Shown piece after piece: positions 26,040 through 38,864 of a stretch of 64,000 nucleotides of DNA (positions are counted from its first letter, which is position 1; the number at the start of each line of letters is the position of its first letter). This DNA comes from Schmidtea polychroa. Lineage: Eukaryota. Location: contig CM097885.1 of assembly GCA_044892525.1 (NCBI GenBank), positions 14,634,001 through 14,698,000 on the forward strand, read 5' to 3'. The notes under the pieces are model-generated. The model saw only the letters and a list, made by a program, of their open reading frames with translations. It had not been told where the DNA came from and did not search any database. The position numbers were made by a program, and so were the translations under genes.

Positions 26040-28653
26040 CCCTTGTTCTCATCTTTGAACATCTTGATGAATGAGTAAAGGTTCCTAGAATACAAGGAGT
26101 TTGAAGGATTGTAGTTGTAAGTATTCAATAAATTATCGGAGATCATCTGAGGTAGAAGTATATCTAATTTGAGGTTTTAAATCTCGAGAAACAAATTATC
26201 GGTATTACCGGCAATAATATTTACTATGCATTTAAACTGTCGCATGTATTTCTCCAATTCAGTATATTCGAACTGGTACATCCGCAGTTTAGACAAATCT
26301 AGTACTGTTTGATCAATGTAGCTAGGTATGTCTAAACCAAGGGTCTCAAACTCAAACTGGCCTGCTGGCCGCATCAGACTAGTATCATTAACCGTTTGGC
26401 CGCAACATAAATTTTATATGTGATCGGTCCTCTACTTTTATTATATATTTTTTTGATTGGGGTGTATACACCGATATATGCAATTATTTGTATATAATTA
26501 TTCTCTTTTGCTAAAGATGAATTAACAAACTGCATGCTGTCAATAAAACGAACAGGCAATTTATTAATATACGCTATGAGAGAGATGAATTTCTCGGTAG
26601 TGGTTGGAATAATATTTAATTCCCAAGAAGGAAAATTTTTCAAACCATACTTCAAAATATGATGGAGATCATACCCCCTCAAATTATGAAAGACAACAGG
26701 TAGTTGTTTCTGAATTCACCGAGAAACATTACGTTTCCTACAAGCAGCACCTAAATACTTGCCTGAGAAGTGACGATGGTCCCTAACTCTATCTACAATG
26801 AATTTCTTACAAAGGTAACAGGTTCTGGAATCTTTATATGCCCGCTCTTCAACGAAAGACAAAGTTTGAATAGGTTTTCGCCCATTCATTTCATAATATT
26901 GCAGGACAATTGTGACAGCAATTTCCTCCACCTTACGAAGGAAAGACAACACACAATCATCACCAACAAACTCGTAATAAAATCTAGTGTTATTATAATT
27001 ATTAATTAATAACATGCCTGCTGTTATTGGCAAGTGTTTTTGATGATGGGTAATATCCTCGGGTAAAATTGCCTCAAAATCGGCATATATCACGAATGGC
27101 GGGGTGATTGTCTTGGAGTAATCTTTAAATAACAAATTATAATGTAGTACCTATCTGGTTCTTACTGCATAGGTCTACATGAATCTCATAAGCACGCCTA
27201 AGTCTGAAGCCATTAAGGCAAGTGGGGCACCAGTTTACACGAATTCGAACACTACAGGAGCTACTAGGGTGCGAGTTCATTAACTTTTGCAAATTAAAAA
27301 CTGCGGTGTAGTGAAATTCGGTACCATCTTCTAATAACAATAAGTAAATGGGTTCACCACCTATAACTTTAGAGCGGTGAATAATATCTAAATGAGGATG
27401 ATGGAGAATATAGTTACTATCATCGTTTTTTATAGGCTTAGCTGGTTTTTTCCTATAGATTAATACATTAATTGCCAAATTTAATTCCTTATTTTTCCTC
27501 TCGAATTTGGGGATATCACATAATTTCATGAGACAATCACTTTTCATATGTTCTAACACGATTTCTATGTCTACGTATGACATTACGTTTTAAGAGGGCT
27601 AAAGTGCTATATATAAAGCACATATCGTCGTTTTTGACGTTTACAATAGCTCTTTTTGGGATTAATGCTGATGGTGTGGGGATATATATAACTATGACCA
27701 GCTAGCCTATTCATCTGAGTATATTTAGTTAAGATAAAATCTATCTCTTTGATTTTAACTACCCTCCATCCGCTCCCTAAATATGTAAATTTTTCTATTT
27801 TATTATTTAATCTTGTGATTCCATTAATTAAAAAATTTTCTGAAAAAACTTCGGCGCTATTAGAGAAAAAATTATCTCTAATTTCCCAATCTTTCTCGAA
27901 CTGGATGAGGACGGTGAACTGAATTTTAACTGTGCCCATACCTTAGATTTCGGTAATTAATTTATTTATAATCTTATTTGTAAGGGAAATTTGCACCAAG
28001 TTATCTTTTTCCATATTAAATCGTAAATTTTTTCGTGCACCCTTAAAATCTACTTCTATTTCTGGTTCATTGTCAATATCGATCGAACCGCCTTTTTGAT
28101 TATATATTGAATCACCAGTTGTATTAATTTTAATAATTTTAGAGGGAACACCAGACCCAAAACTAACAGCAGGCCGTTTATTATTTATCACAGATGTATC
28201 AATCATCGAATTATTTATCACAGGAGAAGTATTTGTAGATGTATTTTTAGTTACAGGTCGAGTATTATTTATAGTTGGATTATAAATATTTATCACAGCA
28301 GAAGTATTTGTAGATATATTTTTAGTTACAGGTCGCGTATTATTATTTACATGTGTATTATTTACAGGTCCCGTATTCTTATTTACATGTGTATTATTTA
28401 CAGGTTGCGTATTATTATTTACATGTGTATTATTTACAGGTCGCGTATTATTATTATTATATACATGTGTATTATTTACAGGTGTTTTACTTTTTATTAT
28501 ATTAAAAAGTCTCTTTTTATTAATTGTATATTGATTAAGATGACTCTTATGTATCATATAAAAACACTTATATTTTATATTTTGGGAAGTCTCACATATG
28601 GGACAAATATAGTAGGTGATGCCATAGAGTCTATGACCATAATACCTTTTCAT
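26040..28653 (-). pseudogene. Polinton/Maverick protein-primed family B DNA polymerase relic
   Basis: Frameshifted pieces in order: CxxC...H zinc-finger-like N-terminus, Asn/Thr repeats, GSGW, CPTCLNGF..H..C, PFVIYADFEAIL, VRDHRHFSGKYLGAAC (endonuclease VII-like), VVFHNLRGYD, RFIDSMQF, and a degenerate DTDS (NTDN). The polymerase core is largely deleted. Confidence 0.85.
26338..26500 (+). mobile_element. hAT terminal fragment inserted in pPolB
   Basis: caagggtctcaaactcaaactggcc...gactagtatcat; the same family as the sequence starting at 30659. Confidence 0.65.
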
Positions 28654-28915
28654 TACCTTATGGCAAAAATTTGAATGGCCTAATGAGGATTGGCAGTAGT
28701 TACGATATAATTTACCTGTTAACGATAAATTATTAAGAATGTAAAAAATATGAAATTAAAAGTTTGTGTAAAATATTATAATGTAATTATTATAACCAAT
28801 TGTTATTAGTTAGTCTATTTTTATCATTAGAAAATTATAAAAAAAAGGATTAACTAATAACAATAATAATCTGTAATATTCTTTATGTTCAAAATTAGTT
28901 GTAAACTACTTTGAA

Positions 28916-28982
<67 letters not shown>

Positions 28983-29278
28983 ATTATTATTATTATTAAT
29001 ATTATTATTAATATTATTATTTGATGTAGTTGCAAACTGTTTAGGGTAATTTTCTATTATTATTATTTCCGTGACAAATTTTCATGAACATTTTCATAGT
29101 TTCATTAACATTAGGAACCCATAATTTTATTTAAATTTCATAGTTTCATAACACAATTTCAGGAACACATAATTTCATTTAAATTTTTCATGATATTTTA
29201 TGAAAATAATAATATTAATAGAAACAAACTTTTAAACATAAATGTTAAAAATAAATATTAAAAATAAATATATAAAAA

Positions 29279-29797
29279 CTAACATTGAGACTCTGAATCC
29301 GTTTCAGATTCTCCCCAAATAGTAGTGGGGGCATCATATTCCTCTTCAGAGATGACATCACTCATAGGGGCATCCTGCATAGGAGTATCAATTTCATCTC
29401 GAGTGGGGGAATAATCATTAGTAGCTGGATCATCATCATCATTAATTGTGTCATTTATTGCCGGAGCATCATCATCGCTAATAACAACATATTCTAAATT
29501 TTCGAATAAATAAAATAAAATAAATTTACGTGATTTGGCGACATCATTTTCAATATAATCTATTATTTTACAGGGTCCATTATTGTCATCATTTTCAATG
29601 ATTTCGCAATCACCTAAATTCAATTTTTAAATTTATAAAATAAATTTACTCGTATCATCATTATCACTAATAATAATACTTTCCCGATTATAAATGTTTT
29701 CTGTAACTTGAAACCATAAATTCTCTAAAATAATAAATAATTTACCATTTTCGCCATTCAACATGGCATTCAAAATATTGTTTAATTCTGCGTCCAT
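29279..29797 (-). CDS. Small acidic multi-exon protein with SIM-like motifs (Polinton-associated)
   Basis: ATG at 29797. GT-AG introns at 29745-29725, 29649-29614 (contains an in-frame TAA) and 29529-29494. TAG at 29279. A CCAAT box lies upstream (~29878), and a homolog lies at 36725-37280. Confidence 0.6.
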
Positions 29798-30086
29798 TTT
29801 AAAATTTTTTAGATTAATTGTGATGATTTAGAGAAAGTATAATGTTTATAAGGAAACATTATACTTTCAGGTCTCAGCCAATCACAGTCGAGCTGGACAC
29901 ATCAACTTTTTTCATTATACACACCAAAAGGTGAGAAAATATTTGCATGCATGCACAAGTCATTATGTTTCTTTATGTGACAAGCACTGCTCACGCATTA
30001 AATATATAATGTCTTTGTAGCATTCATGGTTGCTAACTGCAATCATGAATGTTAATTTAAGTAATAATATTAATTAAAATAATACT

Positions 30087-30126
<40 letters not shown>

Positions 30127-30129
30127 TCA

Positions 30130-30658
30130 TTGTGAACAGTACCCTTGTGACTTGTTGAATGTTAGCAGTGCCCTTGTGACCATTACCCGTAGGGGGATAA
30201 AATATTTTGTCGGATAAACTCGGACTATATATAATAATAATTATTATTATATTGATTAAAACTTTGAAAATAACAACTTCCGCGCGGGCGGTAATATCTT
30301 TACCAATAATAATGATAATAATAATATTTATATATCAGAAGATAGATCTTGCACTGGGCTTTAAAATAAGTGTTTGATTAATAAATTCGGATGATGGGAA
30401 CATTAACTTGTTGCATGACCAAAACCATGGGCCCGCAAGACCAAATAATAATATTTTGATGACTCCTCGGATGAGTCATTGTCTTTGTTCTATAAAAATG
30501 GTGACTCGTCGGATGAGTCACTGTCTTTGTTCTATAAAACTGGTGAGTCATCGGATGAGTCATTGTCTTTGTTCTAAAAAATTCCCAGGCGGGGGGGGTG
30601 TGGTCTTGCGGTGCCCTAGTTACGTCAGTTATGAAAGACATGCCCCAGGTACCCAACA
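30130..30658. repeat. Polinton-like terminal repeat with ~41-bp GATGAGTCA arrays
   Basis: Homologous to 48300-48720 (ttgtcggataaactc, tcttgcactg..ttttaaaataag, gatgagtcattgtctttgtt). Ends ...cccaaca. Confidence 0.65.
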
Positions 30659-33600
30659 CTAGTATCATGAGCCGGCGGGCCTCAACATAATTTTTTTTGA
30701 AAATACTCGAGAAATAGGAAAAAACATTATGAACATAAAAATGTATCACAAAATTATTTAAATAAAGGCAAAAAAAAAAAAGCGTCAAATATATCATTTT
30801 TATTTCTGGCAACGTTTAGCCACCACAGGAGCATCAATATTAGGAACAATCTTTTGAGATGTTGCCAGTCTTAGCGTTGCTTGTAAATGTTCGTCACTGA
30901 ACTTTGGTCTTGTTGAGGATTTGTGGAATTTCATCAATTAAAAAAATTGTTCACAAAGTTAAGTGCTTCCAAACACTGCAATAATCTTTACTGGCTGAGA
31001 ATGCAACCTTCGAAATCTTTCTTGTTGGAGATATGAATAAAACTCAAGAATTTCAACATCAGAGTACTTTTGTTTTAAAATAGAATCACACTGAAGCTCC
31101 ACTAATTCCATCTGAATTTCCTCTGCCACGGATTCAACATCAACAGCAAATGGTGTTGAAAAAAGTTCAAGAATTTCAAATATTTAAATCATGTCTCAAA
31201 CTGTTGAAGGAGTTCGTTAAGAATACCTGAATAGACTTCCAAGTAATTGGGTTCAGTCTTTTTCAGTGACTTGAGTGTTTGAAAATGAATGTAGTTACCA
31301 TTGAAAATTTGTTTGTTCCAGAAGTTCAGCTTGATTTTGAATGATTTGATGTGATCATACATTTGAGTTATGATCAAATCTTTTCCTTGCAGTTTTGTAT
31401 TCAGATCATTCAAGTGATCTGTAATATCAGTTAGAAAATCAGGATTGCTGATGAAATTTGAGTCTGGGAGTTCTGGTACTTCTTTGTTTTTTATTTTCAT
31501 GAATAAGTCGATCTCATCCAAAATATCAAATAATCTTCTTAAAACTTTTACACGACTGAGCGACCTTACCTCAGTGTGATATAAAAGTTCATGTTGGCTT
31601 TCATTGGTAAGAAGGAAAGAAGGAAATTGTCGGTGGTTTAGACCTCTTGATCTAATAAAAAAAACTTTTTACCACATTTTCCATTATTTCTTTCATTTTA
31701 ATGTTTTTTTACACATAGCTTCTTGATGCAAAATGCAATGAATGCTGGTAAAGTTGTTGCCTTGAGGACTAAGGATTTGATGTTTGTTTTTAAATAGACC
31801 AACAACTCCGAATTTTTCTGAAAGCATTGATGGAGCATCATCTGTTGCAAGAATAAACTTATTTTGAGCAAGGTAGCTCAGCTTTAGTAATACACTCTTG
31901 AAGCTTTGGAAAAATATCTTTTCCTGTGGTTGTGCCCTTCAATTCCTCAGTAATCATTAAATGTTTGTCAACATATCTAATGAAGACTGCACATTCGGCT
32001 GTGTCAGTTGTGTCTGTATTTTCATCAATAGCAATGGAATATGCTTCAAAAGTTTTAGCGATATTGACAAGTTGTTTTTTGTGTCATCTGCTAAATCAGA
32101 AATTCGAGCTATATTAGCAGATAGACTTATTCCATCAAACACTTTCTTCTTTTCAGGGAACATTATTTCGCAGCCTTGTACCATGCATTCTTTGACAAAA
32201 AGTCTTTCTGTAAAAGGTTTGAATGCCTTTGCTATCATTTTACAGATAACATAGTGTTGGGCTGAAAGCTAAGGTTTACTTTTAAAACTTTGTTTTTTCC
32301 CCGTAATAAATAGAGATAAGAGAAAAACGTAAAAAGTATAGTGAAAATAGAAAAATAAGACAATAATAGCAAAACAAACTATGAAATAATAAGAAAAATT
32401 ATAGAAAGTAACAATTGAAATAAAATTCGGAAGTCGCAAAGTAAATATAGGAAAAATCGGATAAGCAAATAAGTAATCACAGGTGAATAAAACAACAACA
32501 GAAAAATTAATTAAAAATGAATAAATTAAAAATTGTAATGAAAAACCGTAAAATGACGAAAATACAAATATAAATTCAAGAACAACCAATTAATCAATTA
32601 AAATAACAAATCTGAAAAAAACGATCAATGAACTAATAAGAATAAATAAAAATCACCAATAAAATAACACAAACGTTAGATTACGAATTAATTTAAATAA
32701 ATTTAATTTAAACGATTTTGATTGGTTGCAGAAATTCCACCAACACCTATATAAGCAATCATCGCAAACGACCATTTCACTGTTTATTTTCCAACGTGAC
32801 TTAAATTCAGACTTAAATTGATTCAATTATTCGATAGCCAGCTATCCGATTTATTGTAAACTCATTCAAGGAATTCTCAACAGTTTAATCAAGTTGTTGG
32901 GTTGTTTACGAGAGTATATGCGTACTACTAATAACTAAAGTATAATTTGTAATTGAATGCTTCTATATAATTATATGTATAGTTGTATATGTATATTGTA
33001 TATATTATATTTATATTTGTGGATGCGTGTATATTAAGGAGATTTGAAGAGCCAGCCGAGTCACCAGTAAATAAACTGTCTCTGGATAGCTTGGTGAATG
33101 TGTGTAATGTGAAATACAGACGAATTAAAAATAATGATAAGAAAATATAACAAACAAATAACTTAATTTACAACTTTTATTTAACCAAAAAAGAATCGTA
33201 CTTCACGAAATCGGGACCGGATTGTATAAGATTTTCGGTTTTCAAATTTTCTTTTCCTCGGCTCGAATATATACGAATCGGATATATATTTGAATTTAGT
33301 ATCTTTTTGATATAGATTCGATTAGAATAGTATTTGTCGAATGGATCAGGAATTTATTCACGAAATTGGGACCGGATTGTATAAGATTTTCGGCTTTCGA
33401 ATTTTATTTTCCTCGGCACGATTATATACGAATAGGATATATATTTGATTTAAATATCTTTTTGATATAGATTCGATTTGAATAGTATTTACCGAATGGA
33501 TCAGGAATTTACTCGAAGAGGGAAATTTTTTCTTTTAGCTTTTGACTTTTATCTTCCCAGTAGTTTGATTTTCTATTGTTTTGAAGTTCAGGAGAATGGA

Positions 33601-34651
33601 AAATTTCGGTAATTTAGTTTCTAATAAATTTGGTTTTGATTAGCTTTTGCTTCTTTGACCAATTTTACTTTTTTATCCTTAGCTTAATTTTTCCTTCGAT
33701 TTTTGTTTCGATTTTATTTTTTCTTTCAATTTGCTATAGTAAATTATCGCTATATAGTTTTTTTGAAATTTCCTTTCCCCGACGCTACAGGGACGATAAT
33801 AAATAAAAAACGCTAAATCTAATTAGAATATTGTTTATAATTATTTTTTACAATTAATTACAGCAATCTACTACATAACTCATAGTCCATTTATTCGCAA
33901 ATTATTTCTGAGGAAGCAATTGCAACTATATCTTTGATAGTTAACTACTTAGACATCGGTAAATTTTTATGTTTTGATTTCACGTTTACTTATATCATTC
34001 ATTTATAACAGTAGAATTTTTTAAACTTGTAATACTAAATTAAACATTTTATATTCATTTTTCTCTCCTCGATCGATACAATTTAATGTAGTGAATTTAT
34101 TTTAATAAATTTTTTGTAATAACTTTTCGTAATGAATCTTAAGTAACAATATTAGTTGATGAAATATAATAATAATAATAGCAAGTAGACATTTAGTACA
34201 ATATTTTGGTTAGAAATGCTTAGAAATGTATAGAACTGTGGAGTTGTTACCCAGTACACTTTGGTTCAAGGTACCTTTGGGAAGCTTAAACTGGCGGGTG
34301 TCCTGGTGTTTCAATTACTGCGGTTGATGTTAGACCGAAATGTAGCGGTTTCTCCGCGGGCCCGTCAGACATATACGAGATTGTTAGATGTCAAGAGAAA
34401 ATCATACACTTCTTTAATCACATATGGTGCTAGCGAAAATTTCAAAGTAAGACAATATTCCGTTGAGCAGAGTATGAGTATGCTGAAAATATGAGTAGGC
34501 ATAAAGATCTCCGTCAGTAGCAAACGAAACGAAAAACTTGATTTTTAACTGCGGTATGCAGTTCTTGTTATTTAATTAATTTAAATTTCAAATTATAAAC
34601 TTTTGATAATTTATTAAAATGTCTTCGCGTGCCGCATGTTTGAGGCGCCTG
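30659..34651 (-). mobile_element. hAT element with GTF2IRD2/SPIN-like transposase pseudogene, split by an insertion at 32255
   Basis: Fragments FLTDITDHLNDLNTKLQGK, HCILHQEA and KFSDEHLQATLRL in 30800-32254. The N-terminal SLCLL remnant is at ~34500, and the terminus gccgcatgtttgaggcgcctg ends at 34651. Confidence 0.85.
32255..34490 (+). mobile_element. Insertion starting TGTTGGGCTGA with promoter module, ~158-bp tandem duplication and GC-rich block
   Basis: A-rich 5' region, ATTGG at ~32721, ctatataag at ~32748, duplication at 33202-33514, and a block at 34238-34370 homologous to 12480-12630. Confidence 0.55.
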
Positions 34652-34799
34652 ATCTAAACATATAGAATCTTTTTCTAAATGAGTGGCAATCAGATCACCA
34701 TCAATATATAGGCCTACATATAAAACCGTTAAAAGCGCCTTTGAAAAGCAGACAAAGATACGAAAACACGTTTATTAATTAATAACTAAACGTATGACA

Positions 34800-36295
34800 A
34801 ATGAACAATAGCACGTAAATAGCCTAAAATTTCGCTCAACGAGTATTGATTGACCGCATTTTGCACGCGTTGTTTCCGTTCGTTGCATTTTGAATGTCTT
34901 TTGTGATCCCATCCATGAAAGTCCGTAATGTTGGATGGTGACATTGAAAAACTACCTGAAGTCCATAATGTCAGCCTTCAACAGTGTTCATTGTTCTTGC
35001 AATTCATGCTATTGACGTTTCAAATTTGTTCCATAATTCAATTGGAAAAATTACTGGACAGTAATGTTCACCGTGTCCTTATCCCCGCCTACCTCGAATA
35101 TATATATATACATGTTCAAATTATGATAGTAGTTCTGGCATGTTATCTGCTAATAACAGGAAAGCTTCTAGAACATCTGAAGAAGGAACCATGGCTAACG
35201 CCGGTAAACAGCGAATGGCCGTTCGTAATCTGCCATCACTTTCATAGTCAACTTTCATGCCAACTTCATTAACTTTCCGTATTATGCTTTGTGTTAGGTG
35301 AAAATAACTGCACATAACTTTTGCATTCAGAAACGCTGTTTAAAAAGCACCATTTCCTGCACTTTCAAAATCAAGTAGTATTCGTTCAGGTACAGCAAGG
35401 GGAATAATTTCCTTAACAGCATCCCGTAACATAAATAACTCGTGTCTAATTTTGAACAAGACTGTAAACACCAACAGGATTAATTCCAGGCACAAGTTCA
35501 AAATGTATTGTGTATAACTGAAAAAAATATTGAAGACACTACCTTGAAAGTTCCATCTGCTAACCATAACTTTGCTCTGGCCAATCCATACAGGAAATCT
35601 CTACTATCAATTATAATTAGCCGATTGTTGCCAGATCCTGAATCACTTAAAATTATATGTTGAATTTCTGTTGGAATGGTGAATGTCATATCAATCAGAG
35701 GTGGTGGTAAGAATCGTAAATTCGAATGTAATCTGACGCTTTCGCTGCAAAGTTCTCTTTGAGGAAGTTTTCTTTGGTAAAGCCATCAATAAACCTGACT
35801 CTAACTGTGTACTTACAGACCATATGATTGTAATTTTTGTTGTAGTTGTTACTTCTCCCATCTTGTCTTTCATAGCAGCAACAGTCTGCCGTGCTGAAGC
35901 AGACTCTCGTTTCCCATCATGATTGTGTTCAGGATCACAAATGCTCACGATTGCTTATTATTTCATCCAACATGGTCGTTAATCGAGCCAGGCATTTGCA
36001 TGTTTGATATAGCTTGCAACGCCATTGAATATTTCCATTACCGTGTTTTATATGCTTTACAAATTCATATTGTTTGTGTAGCACACATTGTATTCACTTC
36101 GATGTTGTGCCAAACTTAATTTTGTTTTCTCTCAAATCTCTCAATTTAAATAAAGCAACTTTTAATTTTACTATTTTTATATGTGAAATTGATTAAATGT
36201 CTGGTGATTAAATGTCGCGTGATTAAGTGTCTGGATATTAAATGTCGTGTGATTAAATGTCGGTGATTAACTGTCACGTGATTAAGTTTTCGTAT
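34800..36295 (-). pseudogene. Decayed MULE transposase with terminal gtgattaaatgtc repeats
   Basis: WLADGTFKVV, ERILLDFE and YFHLTQSIIRKV in broken frames; repeats at 36185-36290. Confidence 0.85.
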
Positions 36296-36724
36296 ATCAA
36301 ATAAATTACAATGAAATAGTGTAGTTGCATGTTGACTTCAAACTACAAGAAAATATCATATAAAATTATATATAAAAATTAACTTATAAAATTATTATTG
36401 TGATAGAAATTGTGATAGAAATTTCCATGATTTTATTATATAAAATTTAATACAATTTTTTAAACAATTTTTAAACAAACATTTTAAAAAAATAGTACAA
36501 ATATCATAAACTTAATTTTCAAAAAATCATCATAATTAAAACAACCAGTAAAAAAGGTTTTTTTACACAATTTAAAGTTTTTCTTCTTTTTTTATGATAT
36601 TTGATTAACTCACTACAATTGCGATAGAATTTATTAAAATAAATAATGATGATATAGCAATTTTTTTTCTATTTTGCTTATAAAATTTAAATAATAAAAA
36701 AAATAATTCAAAATCAATAATTTC

Positions 36725-37280
36725 TTATATTTATAGCCATCTTCTGAAGAGAATTCATCTCTATTAACGGAACCATCCCCAATATCAGTGGGGGCATTAT
36801 CCAAGTCGACATTGGCATTGACATTTTGAGTAAAATTTTCTAAATTGATTTTTTTTCAGAATAAAATAATACAAATTTACTTGATGATATAATGTTATCC
36901 AATTCATCCCGCATAGGATCATCCCCAATAGAAATAATTAAATAATCTTCATTTTCTAAAATGATTTTTTTTAAAAAATAAAATAATTTACTATTTGATT
37001 CCCGAACAAATATGACATCATCGTCATCATCACTAATAATAACTTCATCATTTTCTAAATAATAAATAATATAAATTTTATAAAACAAAAATAAAATTTA
37101 CCAAAAATTCGGTCCACATTAAGGAGGGATTCATCTTCCGTCACATCGAACCAGTCGAAAACACCTAAATACAAAATAATAAAAAATAATAAAAAAAATA
37201 AATTATTGAAATAAATAAATTATAAATTTACCAGTCGTCAATAGACTACGTAAAATGTTGTTATGGATTTGTTGTTCATA
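36725..37280 (-). pseudogene. Second copy of the acidic SIM-like micro-exon gene
   Basis: Exons of 63, 63 and 75 nt between GTAAAT...TTTAG introns of 67, 47, 36 and 41 nt. Peptides FDWFDVTEDE, EVIISDDDDDVIFV and YLIISIGDD. The upstream region is homologous to 29870-30085. Confidence 0.6.
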
Positions 37281-37608
37281 TTTTTGAAATAATCTTGATG
37301 AATTGGGGATTTGTAAATTTTTATAAAGATAATCATATTTTCATGTCTTGTCCAATCATATTTTAGTAATACGCACATATTTTGTTACCAAGACATACAT
37401 AAAAGATAGAAAAATTATGCATGCATGTACGTTAGTGTTACTTACTATGCATGATTGTATTCCTTGTTGAGCGAGTATGTCTTCTAAGTTCTTTATATAA
37501 CAGGCACTGATCATGCATTAACTGTATTATTTACAATAATAATATTAATTAAAATAATAATAATATTAATTAAAACAACAATTAAACATTTATTACACAT
37601 AAGATTTT

Positions 37609-37939
37609 TTACAATAACCATGCAAGACAATGTTGACTACATGCTTGAGTCAAATGATTTTGAAACATAGTTTTATTATACACAATAGGTTTTTCCTTTG
37701 TCTGTAGTTTTGAAACCATTAAAGCTGGATAATAGAAACCCTTCGGATCGAACACTAATATTTTACTCTGTTTCATATATATTGCAATCCAATGTTATCC
37801 ACCAAGATGAGATGATCGAGCATTGACGATTATGGCCTGATTATTACGTAAATATGGAATTTTATCAAGAGGAAAAATCCCTAAAAATTCATATCCCAAT
37901 ATTTGTTTTCCAATTCGATTAGCCTGAACAGAGCTACAT
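37609..37939 (-). pseudogene. Polinton adenain-like cysteine protease (one in-frame stop)
   Basis: FLGIFPLDKIP..IIVN..GG*HWIAI..VFDPKG..QNHLTQACSQHCLAWL carries the His-Asp-Gln-Cys catalytic signature. It is not in the ORF track. Confidence 0.8.
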
Positions 37940-37955
37940 TAATAAATTAATACAT

Positions 37956-38600
37956 TTATACCAGCACGGTTCTATTTGAAGTAATTTGAACTTCACTTTC
38001 GAATACTCCATTTATTTTAACATTCGCAGAATCAGTAATAGCTCTTGCAAACTTTTTATCCAGTCGTAAATTCCCGTTTTGTGTTAATTGATTCTGATTT
38101 AAATCAAAATCGGGGCTAAAACAAATGTGAAAAATGTGTATTTGGTTTTAAATTCTTCAATAGTTATCCTACAATTCAAGTTTTTATCTAAATAACCAAA
38201 ATGAACCTATACTTCAATAAATGGAATATCGACATACTCTGACATACGCAATCAATAATACGCAATGAATAATAACCACAAGAGAGAAATATTAAGTGCA
38301 GCGTTGTTTAAAATATTATACCTGTCTGAAATTGCCGCAGCCATTTCACAAAGCCCCTCAATAAATTATTAATTAAGAATTTATATTTACTTGTTGTTGA
38401 TAGTATCATATTCCAAAATGTCATTAGCGAAAGAAACTTAACCTATCCTGGAACTTTCACGGCTCATAGACGACCTTTGTAAAAAGCAAAACAAAAATCA
38501 TAACTTAACCCAGATAAAACTCATGACTTGCATTAAAAAATTTTTCGTCTGGAGTAGGCCCGTGAAAAATTAGTAACGGAGTTATATTTAAAATCTTAAA
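37956..38600 (-). pseudogene. Polinton major capsid protein C-terminal remnant
   Basis: ITIEEFKTKYTFFTFVLAPDFDL..GNLRLDKKFA..FESEVQITSNRTVLV* resembles the Maverick capsid C-terminus and sits directly upstream of the protease. Confidence 0.7.
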
Positions 38601-38864
38601 AGCCTTTCCCTCTGGATGTTCGTTGTTTTCTTTTAGTCCTCCATTTGATCGGTCATCACTGAGCCGCAAATAACATTAAATCATTAATTTTATCTTATCA
38701 ATTTTTTGAAACATCTAAATTTTTAAATAAATAATAAAAAAACATGTCTAGGCTTTAAAATTCCTAGTAAAAAAAGTTAATATAAAGTTATTTAATACGT
38801 ATTTAAATACTCAAATTAATTTTCCTAATAGATTTTGAAAGTTCCTTAGTAACATCGTTTACAT

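Noticed and set aside
34261..34494. QGTFGKLKLA resembling a kinase glycine-rich loop
   Set aside because: The spacing to VAV is wrong, there is no catalytic Lys or later subdomain, and the homologous block at 12.5 kb does not keep the frame.
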